36,660 nucleotides of DNA, from contig CM097882.1 of assembly GCA_044892505.1 (NCBI GenBank), positions 213,121,341 through 213,158,000 on the forward strand. The letters are read 5' to 3'. A model generated the notes under the pieces. The model did not search any database. It had not been told where the DNA came from and was given only the letters and a program-made list of their open reading frames with translations. The DNA is from Schmidtea nova (lineage: Eukaryota). Made by a program: the position numbers and the translations under genes. Of this stretch, positions 20,631 to 31,513 are shown piece by piece (the stretch's first letter is position 1; each line of letters begins with the position of its first letter).

Positions 20631-21039
20631 TATTTAAGTATTAAAAATTTGGCATTATAAAAAAAGGAAAAAGGATACAAAAATCTCAAAAAATCTTATC
20701 AGCATATCCATCGCCTTTTTCCAAAATGCTGCAAAAAATAGATATCTTTGGAGATTAATGTTATTAATGTAATAAAATAATAAATTTTACTTTAGTTTAT
20801 TACTTTATGCGAATTTAAATCCTTTATAATGTTGATAAATTACTAAATAAAAAAGGAACCCATAAAAACAAGTTTTTAATGTAACTCTTTCTTTTTCTCA
20901 TGTTCTCGGTTAATTTTATTGTTGTTTCATTGTTTGGTAGTTTCTTGGCAACAGTAAATTGAAAAATCACATTGTTTCAAAATTTTTCAAAATTTTTCAA
21001 TTTTTCAATGGAATAATTTGTGGGCCACCACAAGTCTGC

Positions 21040-21150
21040 TCGCAAATTTTAAGATCGATTGGATATCGAGAAGTGGGTTAAAAATCGATCCAAAGTTTGA
21101 CAAGAAAACAAACAGAAATTGGAAGTTAAAAGAAAGAGTTAAAAAAAGTC
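21040..21150 (+). repeat. HINE/DINE-1-like dispersed repeat, copy 2
   Basis: Similar to 9310-9425 (GAAGTGGGTTAA core). Confidence 0.4.
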
Positions 21151-21216
21151 ATATTTAAATGATAAATTTAAGTTAAAATTTAATTTAAATTTCTTACTTA
21201 ATACAGTGAAAATTCA

Positions 21217-22342
21217 CGGGTCGCCCCATTTAATCAACTTCTAAAACATCAACTTTTAAAACATCAACTACGAAAACATCAACTTTTTACCCTAAAACAT
21301 CAACTGTCAAAAACATCAACTGTCAAAAACATCAACTGTCAAAAACATCAACTGGCAAAAACATCAATTAGCTAAAACATCAACAATCTAAAACATCAAC
21401 AATATAAAACATTTAATTTCATTANNNNNNNNNNNNNNNNNNNNNNNNNNNNNNNNNNNNNNNNNNNNNNNNNNNNNNNNNNNNNNNNNNNNNNNNNNNN
21501 NNNNNNNNNNNNNNNNNNNNNNNNNNNNNNNNNNNNNNNNNNNNNNNNNNNNNNNNNNNNNNNNNNNNNNNNNNNNNNNNNNNNNNNNNNNNNNNNNNNN
21601 NNNNNNNNNNNNNNNNNNNNNNTTANNNNNNNNNNNNNNNNNNNNNNNNNNNNNNNNNNNNNNNNNNNNNNNNNNNNNNNNNNNNNNNNNNNNNNNNNNN
21701 NNNNNNNNNNNNNNNNNNNNNNNNNNNNNNNNNNNNNNNNNNNNNNNNNNNNNNNNNNNNNNNNNNNNNNNNNNNNNNNNNNNNNNNNNNNNNNNNNNNN
21801 NNNNNNNNNNNNNNNNNNNNNNNNNNNACTATAGATCAAAATTTTTTTTATAAACAATAACACAATATTTCGGCACAGCCTTTATCAAGAAATACACACT
21901 TGATAAAGGCTGTGCCGAAATATTGTGTTATTGTTTATAAAAAAAATTTTGATCTATAGTCATTATGAGAATTATTGATAATAATAATAAAAAAAGATCA
22001 AAGGTGNNNNNNNNNNNNNNNNNNNNNNNNNNNNNNNNNNNNNNNNNNNNNNNNNNNNNNNNNNNNNNNNNNNNNNNNNNNNNNNNNNNNNNNNNNNNNN
22101 NNNNNNNNNNNNNNNNNNNNNNNNNNNNNNNNNNNNNNNNNNNNNNNNNNNNNNNNNNNNNNNNNNNNNNNNNNNNNNNNNNNNNNNNNNNNNNNNTGAT
22201 GTTTTAGACAGTTGATGTTTTAGACAGTTGATGTTTTAGACAGTTGATGTTTTAGTCAGTTGATGTTTTTGACAGTTGATGTTTTAAAAGTTGATTTTTT
22301 AGTAGTTGATGTTCTAGAAGTTGATGTTTTGGGGGAGCGCCG
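21217..22342. mobile_element. Non-autonomous foldback-type DNA element with modular TIRs of 16-bp subrepeats
   Basis: Left arm (AAAAACATCAACTGTC)n, right arm (GACAGTTGATGTTTTA)n, termini CGG..CCG, flanking direct repeat AAAATTCA (21209-21216 and 22343-22350). The interior is partly N. Confidence 0.8.
21828..21960. repeat. Perfect hairpin: 62-bp arms, 9-nt loop
   Basis: 21828-21889 is the exact reverse complement of 21899-21960; loop AAATACACA. Confidence 0.97.
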
Positions 22343-23184
22343 AAAATTCATGAGTAATCATGAATTGGCACACCAACTAGTTTTATAGAAAATGCTATTT
22401 ATCGTTGTACGGTGTAGTAAGCATACAAACACCATTTCATTAGTCAGTCGAGGTAGGAATAAAACGATAGAAAAGTGGCATCTCAAAAGATGACATACAA
22501 TTTCAGTGCAGCTGGAATTTACACACGAAGGACAGTATTGGGATTGAATGGGGAAGATCATTGCTCATATGTTAGATACGAAAAACAATGATCGAAGATA
22601 AAATTAATATTAAGATAAAGAGAATAAGTTATTAAAGTTATAGTAGAAATCCCCATTGAAATATCATTAAGATAACAGAGATAATCACAAAAATAAAAAA
22701 AATCCGATTATTTAATCAAATAAAGCGCGTGCCTAGTTTTATTAGAATTAATAATGAATATTTTGAAAATAAATGAAACAAACTGTAATTTTAATGAAAA
22801 ATAAATAAATAATTCAATTATTACTAATAGCATTTAAATTAAATTATAAATTTCTACATATAATTCATATAGTGAACAAAATACGTGGGCGTGACATTCA
22901 GAATTAGTATAAGTAGGACGCCGAAAATCATAATTTAACACTCAGCTTTTTGATAACAGACATGGATTTCAATTTATTTCGCTTGCCAGCTCACATCAGT
23001 ATTGTGATTGATCATTTTTGTAGAACGAATTTAGATGGAACCAATAAGTATGCTTTATAATTTGTGTAATTGATAATTTTAAAAGTTTTCTTTGTCACGT
23101 TCAACAAATATTTAAATTTGAATTTTGCATGGTTTTATTAAATCTTATCATGCTTTGGCTCATTCGATTCTACGATCAAACTGA

Positions 23185-25160
23185 TGTAGGAAGAGCTCTG
23201 GTGGCCCACCGACTAACAGTTACTGATATGATTGAGAAACCGAACCTAGGAGTCTAACAGGGTCTCAAACCATCGTTTTATTAAGTTATATCGTTTGATT
23301 AAGGGAAATAAGGGGTAGTAAATGAGAATTGAACTAGGAAGTATAGGAAGGATACTATACAGAACGTTTAAGGAATAAATAGTTGAAAAGGCTGGATAGA
23401 ATAAAGCAATGTTACAGAAAGCCACGTGTTTATAAGTATGGAAGACCTTTGAAAGATGGAGTAATTATACGCAAAAGACCTGTCTGCAGCAGGAACCCGA
23501 AAGATAATACAACGAGGACTAGTTTTGGGAACAAAACTCTCTAGCTATTTGGGTTTTTGCACCACCGTGTACATTACCAATATAGATTATCAAAGAGTGA
23601 CTATCGGTACACAAATAAGGTCTCTTAGCATTTTCATGAAGGTAAGTTGGTTGCGGAAGTCCCTAGTAACAACGATTCTTAACTACCCATACACTAACAT
23701 ATGATGATATTGTTGTGCAAAAATTAAATCCAATTCATTTGAAAACGATACATGTAGAGACAGTGGAAAAAGTATAACAAAATATCTGAGCGAAAACCAA
23801 ATGAACAAAAGTAATTAAAAATACATAGGAAAAAAATAAAGGGAAACAAAAGTAAAATTTAAATTGAACAAGAACAAGAAGTAACCACGAAAAAGCATAA
23901 ACATAACAAATTAACAAAAATTCATAAAATAATTAGTTAATATAAAAATTCAAAGAATTTTATAATTAATTATCTATATTCTGATAGTATTTTGGTACCA
24001 TAGTAAAATCTATTTCTGTGATTATAATATAACTATAACTTAACCAGTAGTTACCCATCGCAAGCAACATTCATAATGTAACAAATGAGTGAAATACTCG
24101 CAAAAGGCAAACGCCGTTACCAGAACTATAATTGATCGAACAATTTCTATGGGTTCAATAGCTATCTATAGAAGATACGTGATCATTTTGATTTACGGTC
24201 CTTTACTTTCATAAAATTGTTTATCTTTCTAATGTTTGTTTAACATTATTGTTTTCCCGAGAAGCTATAAAATGTTTCACTATGAGATATACCAAATTAA
24301 ATGTTAATTTATTCTAAATGATCATTGTTTGATTAGCGGAAAATCTAACAATTCATAAGACTTGTTTATATTTATGAAACTTTGACTATGCGTTAATACA
24401 CGAATAGGGGTTAATACATTTTCTTCTAGATGAACGCCAAAAATGAACTCTATAGTATAAGAATTATTATAGAGAATAAAAGTTTTTTATTTCTGTCTCT
24501 TGGAAGAGAGGGAATTTAACAAACATAATAAAAATAATATATTACATTAACCAACCTACATCAAATCATGTACAGATGACTCTCACGTTAGAGCAAGTGC
24601 TTGTGGAGGTAATGAATGCTCTCCTGCCTCCACATCGACATGAAGAATGTTCTATGATTGCAGATTTTGCGTGATCTTGGAAGGAGAAAAGAAATACCCA
24701 ACTTTCGTGGAAAAATATCAATTCCAATCAGTTTCGAAGATAGCTATCCTCAAACGGAAACCAGTGGAATCAGAAGTAACTAATATAGAAAATGTCATAT
24801 ATCATGACTAAATTGAAAGTGCGAAGACAGAGTTCGAGCCAGCCATCGCAACAGGAAAGCAAACTCAAATCACCTAAAAGGACCAAAAACAATCCCGGTA
24901 AACAATATGTCGTCGTTAGTACTATATAAAAGGTAGAAGGAAGCCGGGACCTTAAAGTACATATTTCAAGGTAATTCGCTAAACTCATGACTTTGAAATA
25001 TATACTTGTCCCGACTTCCATCTACTTTTTATATATTACTCTGTACTAAAAAGAAGGTATAAAATAAAAAAATACATTATATAATTTTAAATTTATTAAT
25101 TTAATTTAATTTTTTTATAAATTTAATTTAATTTTCTTGTTTTTTTCTAAAGGGAGGGGG
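23185..25160 (+). mobile_element. Possible heavily decayed and deleted LTR retroelement relic
   Basis: LTR-like block starting TGTAGG, PBS-like TGGTACCA (~23993), a degenerate CRFC gag-like patch (~24660) and PPT-like AAAGGGAGGGGG (25149-25160). No intact diagnostic domain. Confidence 0.25.
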
Positions 25161-25174
25161 TTAGGAAAAAAATA

Positions 25175-27186
25175 AGTAAATTACTAGCACCATTAACCCT
25201 TTCTAAGGTGGTGGCAATATACTGTACACCATTTTAAACTAATAAAAATATTTAAGTGTAACGCTGTCGGTAATCATTTTTACTTTTAGTACAACTACTG
25301 ACATATATTGAGCCAAAAGAGAACAAATTTATAGTATTTTTATGTTTTTATTTTTTTATGATCATTTGTAACTATATAATTATTATTAATAAACTTTGAG
25401 TTTTACATCACTTTTAGTTTCCTTTGCCTTAGAAAGGGTTAAATGACATTATCACAAAACAACCGAAGCATTCGAGAAGCCAAAGAAAGTCTTTCAACGG
25501 CAACACTACTCGGATACCCAGACCCAGAAATAGAATACCAATTAACTACAGACTGCTCAGGTTTCGCAATGGGTGCAACAATTTTCCAGGAAAACAAATT
25601 CGGAAAACAACCACTAGGTTTCTTCTCTAAAATGCTAGTCACACCAAACAAGATATTCGACTTTCGACAGAGAACTCCTAGCAATACATGATTCAATCAA
25701 ACACTTCCAACATTTACTCGAAGGGCGAACTTTCAAAATATTCACCGACCACAAACCGCTAACAAACGCAAAAGAAATGAAAAATCCTTCGTCAAGGCAG
25801 ATCAGACAAATCAACTTCATTTCACAATTCAATTGTACAATAAACTATGTAGCGGGAAAATCAAACATAGCAGCAGACGCCTTATCCAGAACCGAAAGTG
25901 ACATAAATTCCTTAGAATTCGGAGAAATAATTTATTTGGATCAAATCAAACCCAAACAAAACGAAACAATAAGGAAACTGCCTACTAAACACAGCCTGAA
26001 ACTCCAGGAACTTAACGGAGTATGGTACGATGTATCCAACGAAAGCAACAGACAAATTCTACTACCCGAAGAATTCCGCCAAAAATGCATCGAAAAGATC
26101 CACTCAATTAATCATCCGGGAAACAAAACAACTTTCGAATTAATACATAACAACTATATATGGCCTGACATGAGGAAAGAGGTAAAAAAGTTTGTCAAGA
26201 GCTGCCATAATTGCCAAATAAGCAAACCAACAAAGAAAATCAAAACCGAAAAAGTAAACTTTCCAAGTAGTCAACCCTTCGAGGTGATCCACATTGACAT
26301 AGTAGGACCGTTACCACCAAACAACGGGTACAACTACCTACTAACAATCATCGACAGAAAGACAAACTGGTTCGAAATCGTTCCATTAAAAGAAATATCC
26401 GCACAAAATATATGTAACAACTTCGAACTAAATTGGATAGCTCGTTACGGACAACCCAAAATACTAATAAGAGATCAAGGGAGGCAATTTGAATCAGAAA
26501 TATTCAGCGCTCTATGTAAAAAATACGAAATAAAACGGAATCGAACAACCGCTTACAATCCACAAGCGAATGGAAAAGTCGAAAGACTGCATAGAACGCT
26601 TAAACAAAGCATCCGAACCAAATCGAATGACAGAAATTGGTTGTCTGAACTACCGACAATCTTACTGGGACTAAGGAACATACCAAATTCAATAGACAAT
26701 GAAAGTCCAGCATACAAAGTGTTTGGCAGAGAATCAAACCTCTCAACAATTAAAAACAAAACAACAGAAAACGCAAAAACCAACAAACAAGCAACCAACA
26801 CAAACAACGAAAGAGTAGAAAAGAAATTAAAAGGAATCCTAAAAAGGAGAGCGAACTCTGAAATGGACGGAAAAGTAGTTCTAACGACAGACTACATATT
26901 AATCAAAAAGCCCTTCACCAAAGGTTTCGAACCAAAATACGAAGGCCCATTCAAATTGCTAGAAATCAATAAAAATGTTGCAACAATAATAAAAGACAAC
27001 ATCAAAATAAGAATCAATCTAAGATGGATAAAACCGTATCATAACAATCAAAACATCTCAAACAATCCCACAAAAGAAAAAGCACCGACACAAACAAAAA
27101 CACAACCAAACCACAAACACATCTCATTCAACTCCAAAAACTCAGTAAAACTGTTCGACAAGGACACAATAATCACACCCTTTTAA
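25175..27186 (+). pseudogene. pol: Second Gypsy pol, 5'-truncated: RT C-terminus, RNase H, integrase
   Basis: SKLLAPL|NDIITK across the MITE, then AKESLSTATLLGYPDP, LTTDCSGFAMGA, a frameshift, YSTFDRELLAI..FTDHKPL, HHCC (IHSINHPG..CHNC), IHIDIVGPL, RDQGRQFES, ANGKVERLHRTLK, YEGPF. Confidence 0.93.
25197..25438. mobile_element. piggyBac-type MITE (242 bp)
   Basis: TTAA-CCCTTTCTAAGG..CCTTAGAAAGGG-TTAA (12-bp TIR, TTAA TSD). Removing it restores CCA TTA AAT in the pol frame. Confidence 0.92.
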
Positions 27187-27428
27187 AAAAATGCTACAGC
27201 GATTGCCTCAAGTAAAAAGCACAAACATACATAAGCAAAACACAGGCACAACATAGTCATTTGCACAGATTTTTATTTTTTTGTAAATACGTAATTTTAG
27301 GTGTTACATTGTAAACAAAAAAAACAAAACATAAACAAAACAAAACAAAAAAAAAGGTTTCAAGTTATTGTTTAAAAAAATGTAAATTTGGTGTGAACTG
27401 TAAATTTTCATTGTTAACCTTCGGTTTT

Positions 27429-27560
27429 AAAGGGGGAAGTTGTGTTGTGTATTGGGAATTTTTCTTTATTATTTTTATTGTGTATGGTACTGCGTATACC
27501 GGAACCCCCCTTTTTATTATTTAGGCGCTTTATGTGAAGGAATTATCTTTTATATTTTAA
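27429..27560 (+). other. PPT (AAAGGGGGAAG) and start of a putative 3' LTR (TGTGTTG..) of the second Gypsy
   Basis: Purine tract 27429-27439 followed by TG at 27441, ~250 bp after the integrase stop. No second LTR copy is in the window. Confidence 0.6.
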
Positions 27561-27580
27561 TTATTTAAATTTGATTTTCA

Positions 27581-27620
27581 AATTTGGCTTACTATAGCAA
27601 ATGCTATAGTAAGCCAAATT
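27581..27620. repeat. Perfect 19-bp-arm hairpin
   Basis: AATTTGGCTTACTATAGCA-AA-TGCTATAGTAAGCCAAATT. Confidence 0.95.
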
Positions 27621-27689
27621 GACAACAAATAAAAAATCAATAGTAAATTTTGATAGTTTAAAATCCGTCGTATACAACGTAATACAACG

Positions 27690-28028
27690 TAAATTAAACT
27701 AGCTAGTGAACAGTAGATAAAAGCCAGTTCCTCCGAACAATTCAACAAACAAAAGAAATATTGTCCAAGAGAAATATTACCTTTCAATCAAATATAAAAT
27801 TAAACAAACTATTGAACAATAGATAAAAGGCAGTTCCTCCGAACATTTCAACAAATAAGAGATATTGTCCAAGAGAAATATTACCTTTCAATCAAATATA
27901 AAATTAAACAAATTATTGAACAATAGATAAAAGGCAGTTCCTCCGAACATTTCAACAAATAAAAGAAATATTGTCCAATAGAAATATTACCTATCAATCA
28001 AATATAAAATTAAACAAGCTATTGAACC
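27690..28028 (+). repeat. Tandem repeat, ~105-bp unit, three copies
   Basis: Anchor CAGTTCCTCCGAAC at 27725, 27831 and 27935. Confidence 0.92.
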
Positions 28029-28513
28029 ATTCTATTGGTAGTTTTGTGATCCGACAGTTTACAAAGTAATTACATTGTGATTGTTGTGTTAGAGTTAAAT
28101 AATTTAAATAATAAAATTTTTATTATAACGTATCATTTTGTTTAGTGTTTACGCATAACATAGCATACACCCCGAGTGTCTGCACACAATTACCGCAAGA
28201 AAAAATTTCTTTACACACAAGATACTGCGTCGTATTTACNNNNNNNNNNNNNNNNNNNNNNNNNNNNNNNNNNNNNNNNNNNNNNNNNNNNNNNNNNNNN
28301 NNNNNNNNNNNNNNNNNNNNNNNNNNNNNNNNNNNNNNNNNNNNNNNNNNNNNNNNNNNNNNNNNNNNNNNNNNNNNNNNNNNNNNNNNNNNNNNNNNNN
28401 NNNNNNNNNNNNNNNNNNNNNNNNNNNTAATGGTTTTGGAACCCTTGAAGATTTTAACCCACCATAAACCTTCGAAGGTATGACCATCATACTTACCTCT
28501 CAATTATCTTTCG

Positions 28514-28517
<4 letters not shown>

Positions 28518-28573
<56 letters not shown>
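28518..28573. repeat. (AT)n microsatellite
   Basis: About 28 uninterrupted AT units. Confidence 0.99.
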
Positions 28574-28576
<3 letters not shown>

Positions 28577-28879
28577 AATGTTAAGAATACTTTGAAGGTT
28601 TTTAACCTTTTGAAGGTTCAGGACCCTCCATAAACCTTCGAGGTATGACCTTTGAATAGACATCTCAAAGACCTTTTGAATCATATCTTTGTTTGAAGGT
28701 TTAACCTTATTTGACCTTGGGAAATTCAAATTTTAAATTTGAATTTTAAATAAATTTTTTTACCCCGGGTGGGGGAGGGGGAAGGGGTATTTGTTTGAAT
28801 TTTTCCGTCCACGCATGTCTTTGTGTTTGACTCCACACATCTAACTACTCTCATGTTTTTTCTAACGAGGTTTTTGACA

Positions 28880-29960
28880 CTATTCTGATGTGATCAGGTT
28901 TTTATTGTAACTATGCATAGGCATAATTTAATTCTCTACAAAATGGCTTTATTCAGAATTTAAACTGTTGGGTGTTGTGTTGTGCACACGTGCTTTGAAA
29001 TTAATTTTGATATTTAATTTATTTAAATTATTTTATTGTATTTTCATTGTAACATCGAATGCATTAAATTTAAATGTCTACAAAATGGCTTGATTGGAAA
29101 GGTAGTGTGTTGATGTGTTTTTAATACACACTTATTTTGCACTTTAATTTGCATTTTTCACATATATAAATTAATTTTAATGAGTTTTAATTGCAATAAT
29201 GTATAGATTAAAATTTAATTTTCTACAAAATAGCTTGATTAGAGAATTGAAAGTTATCGTATTTTGGGATGCACACGTGTTTTGTTATTAATCTTTGCAT
29301 TTTTAAACTATAAAAAGTAATTTTAGTGAGTTTTCATTATAGTATGTATAAAATTTAATTTCCTATACAATGGATTGATTAAAGATTTTAAAAGTTTCCG
29401 TTTTCATGTTACACACATGTTTTGTAATTAATTTCGCCTTTTTCATCTATATAAAATTACTTTGTTAAGTTTTCATTGTAATATTGTAGATATAAAATTT
29501 ATTACAAAATGACTTGATTCAAAATTATGTATATCGATATGTTTGTAATGCACACGTGTTTTGTAATCAAATTTGTATGCGTTTGGCAAACGTTGGCAAC
29601 GTTGCGTCCAGCATGGTGGAAACTATTTTGAGTTCCTCGATGATATGGATGATTAATTTGCTTCATAAAATTATTTGTCTTTGTTAAATATATATATTCA
29701 TTGATCAATGTGACTGCAGAAACTTGAATGGCATTAATTTTTCTAACTGCAGAAACTTTCCGGTCAAACCTATATTTAATCTATTTAAAATAATTGTATT
29801 GAGCTTTTATAGTAATAAAGTAAAGTTTAAATTTAAATTCCTTTAAATGGCTTGATTCAAATTTTAAAAGTTGCGCTTTTTCATGTCTTACGCGTTTTAT
29901 TTTAAAATATTTTTCGGCTATTTAGCATAAATTTATTGAATATTTATTGTAATCATGTAT
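28880..29960 (+). repeat. Degenerate ~141-bp tandem array (five consecutive units plus one)
   Basis: Anchor CTACAAAATGGCTTGATT-like at 28936, 29078, 29223, 29363, 29502 and 29841; recurring GCACACGTG. Confidence 0.8.
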
Positions 29961-30320
29961 AGATCGAATTTAATTTTCTATCGTACTCAATATATAAAGG
30001 TTTTGTGTGTGTTATTGACAATTCTAATGTATTTAATCATTAGTATTTACAATAACTTATAACTGACGTAATTACTGTAATATAATTTAGATGTAATTCA
30101 TTCAAATATTTGATCTAATTTATTGTAATAATATTCCGTGTATGGGATTTATTGAAATATTTTATAACTTTGATGTAAATTATAATTTGGTGAAATAATA
30201 TGATGTTAACTAAATAATAGCGTCAAATCGTCTTTTAAAAAATTATTTAATATTTTAAAATGCTGCAACATAATATATGTTTATTCATAATTCTCTATCC
30301 ATTTCTTGAATTTGATCTGC

Positions 30321-30470
30321 TGATAATAATAAATTTCCTACGACTTACTCAATTTTGATTGGTTGATAAGAATAAATTTCCTACCCCTTACTCGATTTTG
30401 ATTGGTCAAAAGTTATGTGTTTATAATAACTTTGAAATATATAAATAATAATCTTTCATTCATTATTCAC
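30321..30470 (+). promoter_or_regulatory. Pol II promoter candidate: duplicated 43-bp unit with inverted CCAAT boxes, TATA box, Inr-like TCATT
   Basis: 30321-30363 and 30364-30406 are near-identical and each ends in ATTGGT. TATATAAA at 30438-30445, TCATTCATT at ~30456, ATG at 30495. Confidence 0.55.
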
Positions 30471-30494
30471 TTTAAAAAATACAAAAAACTTTAA

Positions 30495-31513
30495 ATGAAC
30501 ACTACAGCAACTAGTTTTATGATCGAAAAACCAAGTGACAAAGAAAATAGTAAATTTATTTTTAAAATTATTATCATTTAGTATTTATTTAGGTAATATC
30601 AATAATTTAAGTGGGAATTCGAGTTTAGAAAAGGTGGAAGAAAATGGTACTTAATCTTTAACTTAGTATATTATTTAATTTTTACTTTAGGTGATGTAAA
30701 TATGAATGATCAAACTCAAGTTCAAATAAAGATTGTTAGCGACGAAAATATTATGATTGATGGAATCATACCTTATGCATCGATGCATATTCAATGTAAA
30801 TATTGATTAATTTTAATTAATTTCATTAACTTTTGAAAATTAATTTAATTAAATTATTAAATATTTTTAAGTAAAATTTCTGGAAAATTTCTGTAAATAT
30901 TTTGTAATTATTTAAATAATTTTTATTTTGCGTAGAGAATTAATTTGAACAAATTTCTTTAATATTATTTTTTAATAAGTTTTATAGTAGATTTAAATTA
31001 TTTTATGTAATTATTATATTTAACTAATATTTATTTTATATTTTATATTTATTTTCAAATAACTCATATTTTTGTTAATTTATTTTAAAAGAAATTTGGA
31101 TATATTTAAAAATATTTCATAACTAAGGTAATTTTTATGCGAATTATTGTAAGTCGTCAAATCATAACGACTGCCACAAATTAATAGAAGGATACTATCG
31201 TCTTATAAATAACCAAGTCATCTTCTTTTTATGCCCCATTTGTAAAAGCGCCCAAAATATAACATATATTGATTTTTATTTCCAACAATATCTCCATTTA
31301 AATCAATTCTCATGCACTAAGAAAAGTCTTTTCGCATTAATTAATAAAAGTAAACGACGAAATGTTACTGTTTGTCCTAATCCAGCAAAAATAATTGTAA
31401 TATCCAATGATGAAGATGTTCATTCATTAAATGACGATGTTTTAGTTATTTCTAATTTATCTGTTGTTCAATATGGGGGTTCTGTTGAACCCTTGGGTAA
31501 ATATATAATTTGA
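30495..31513 (+). CDS. Predicted four-exon ORF (30495-30549, 30593-30646, 30691-30795, 31128-31513), probably the 5' part of the Polinton PolB gene
   Basis: Three GT..AG phase-1 introns (43, 44 and 332 nt) keep one frame open: MNTTATSFMIEKPSDKENS-NINNLSGNSSLEKVEENG-DVNMNDQ..HIQC-NFYANYC..FLCPICK..QYGGSVEPLGKYII. The last exon is ~128 stop-free codons missed by the ORF track because it has no early start codon. The third acceptor (AAG) is weak. Confidence 0.55.

Noticed and set aside
21424-22197. N-runs as hard-masked simple repeats
   Set aside because: The (AT)n at 28518-28573 is unmasked, so the Ns are more likely assembly gaps; their nature and true length cannot be read from the sequence.
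21230-28028. 16-bp and 105-bp repeat arrays as possible CRISPR arrays
   Set aside because: No unique spacers, no cas genes, eukaryotic context.
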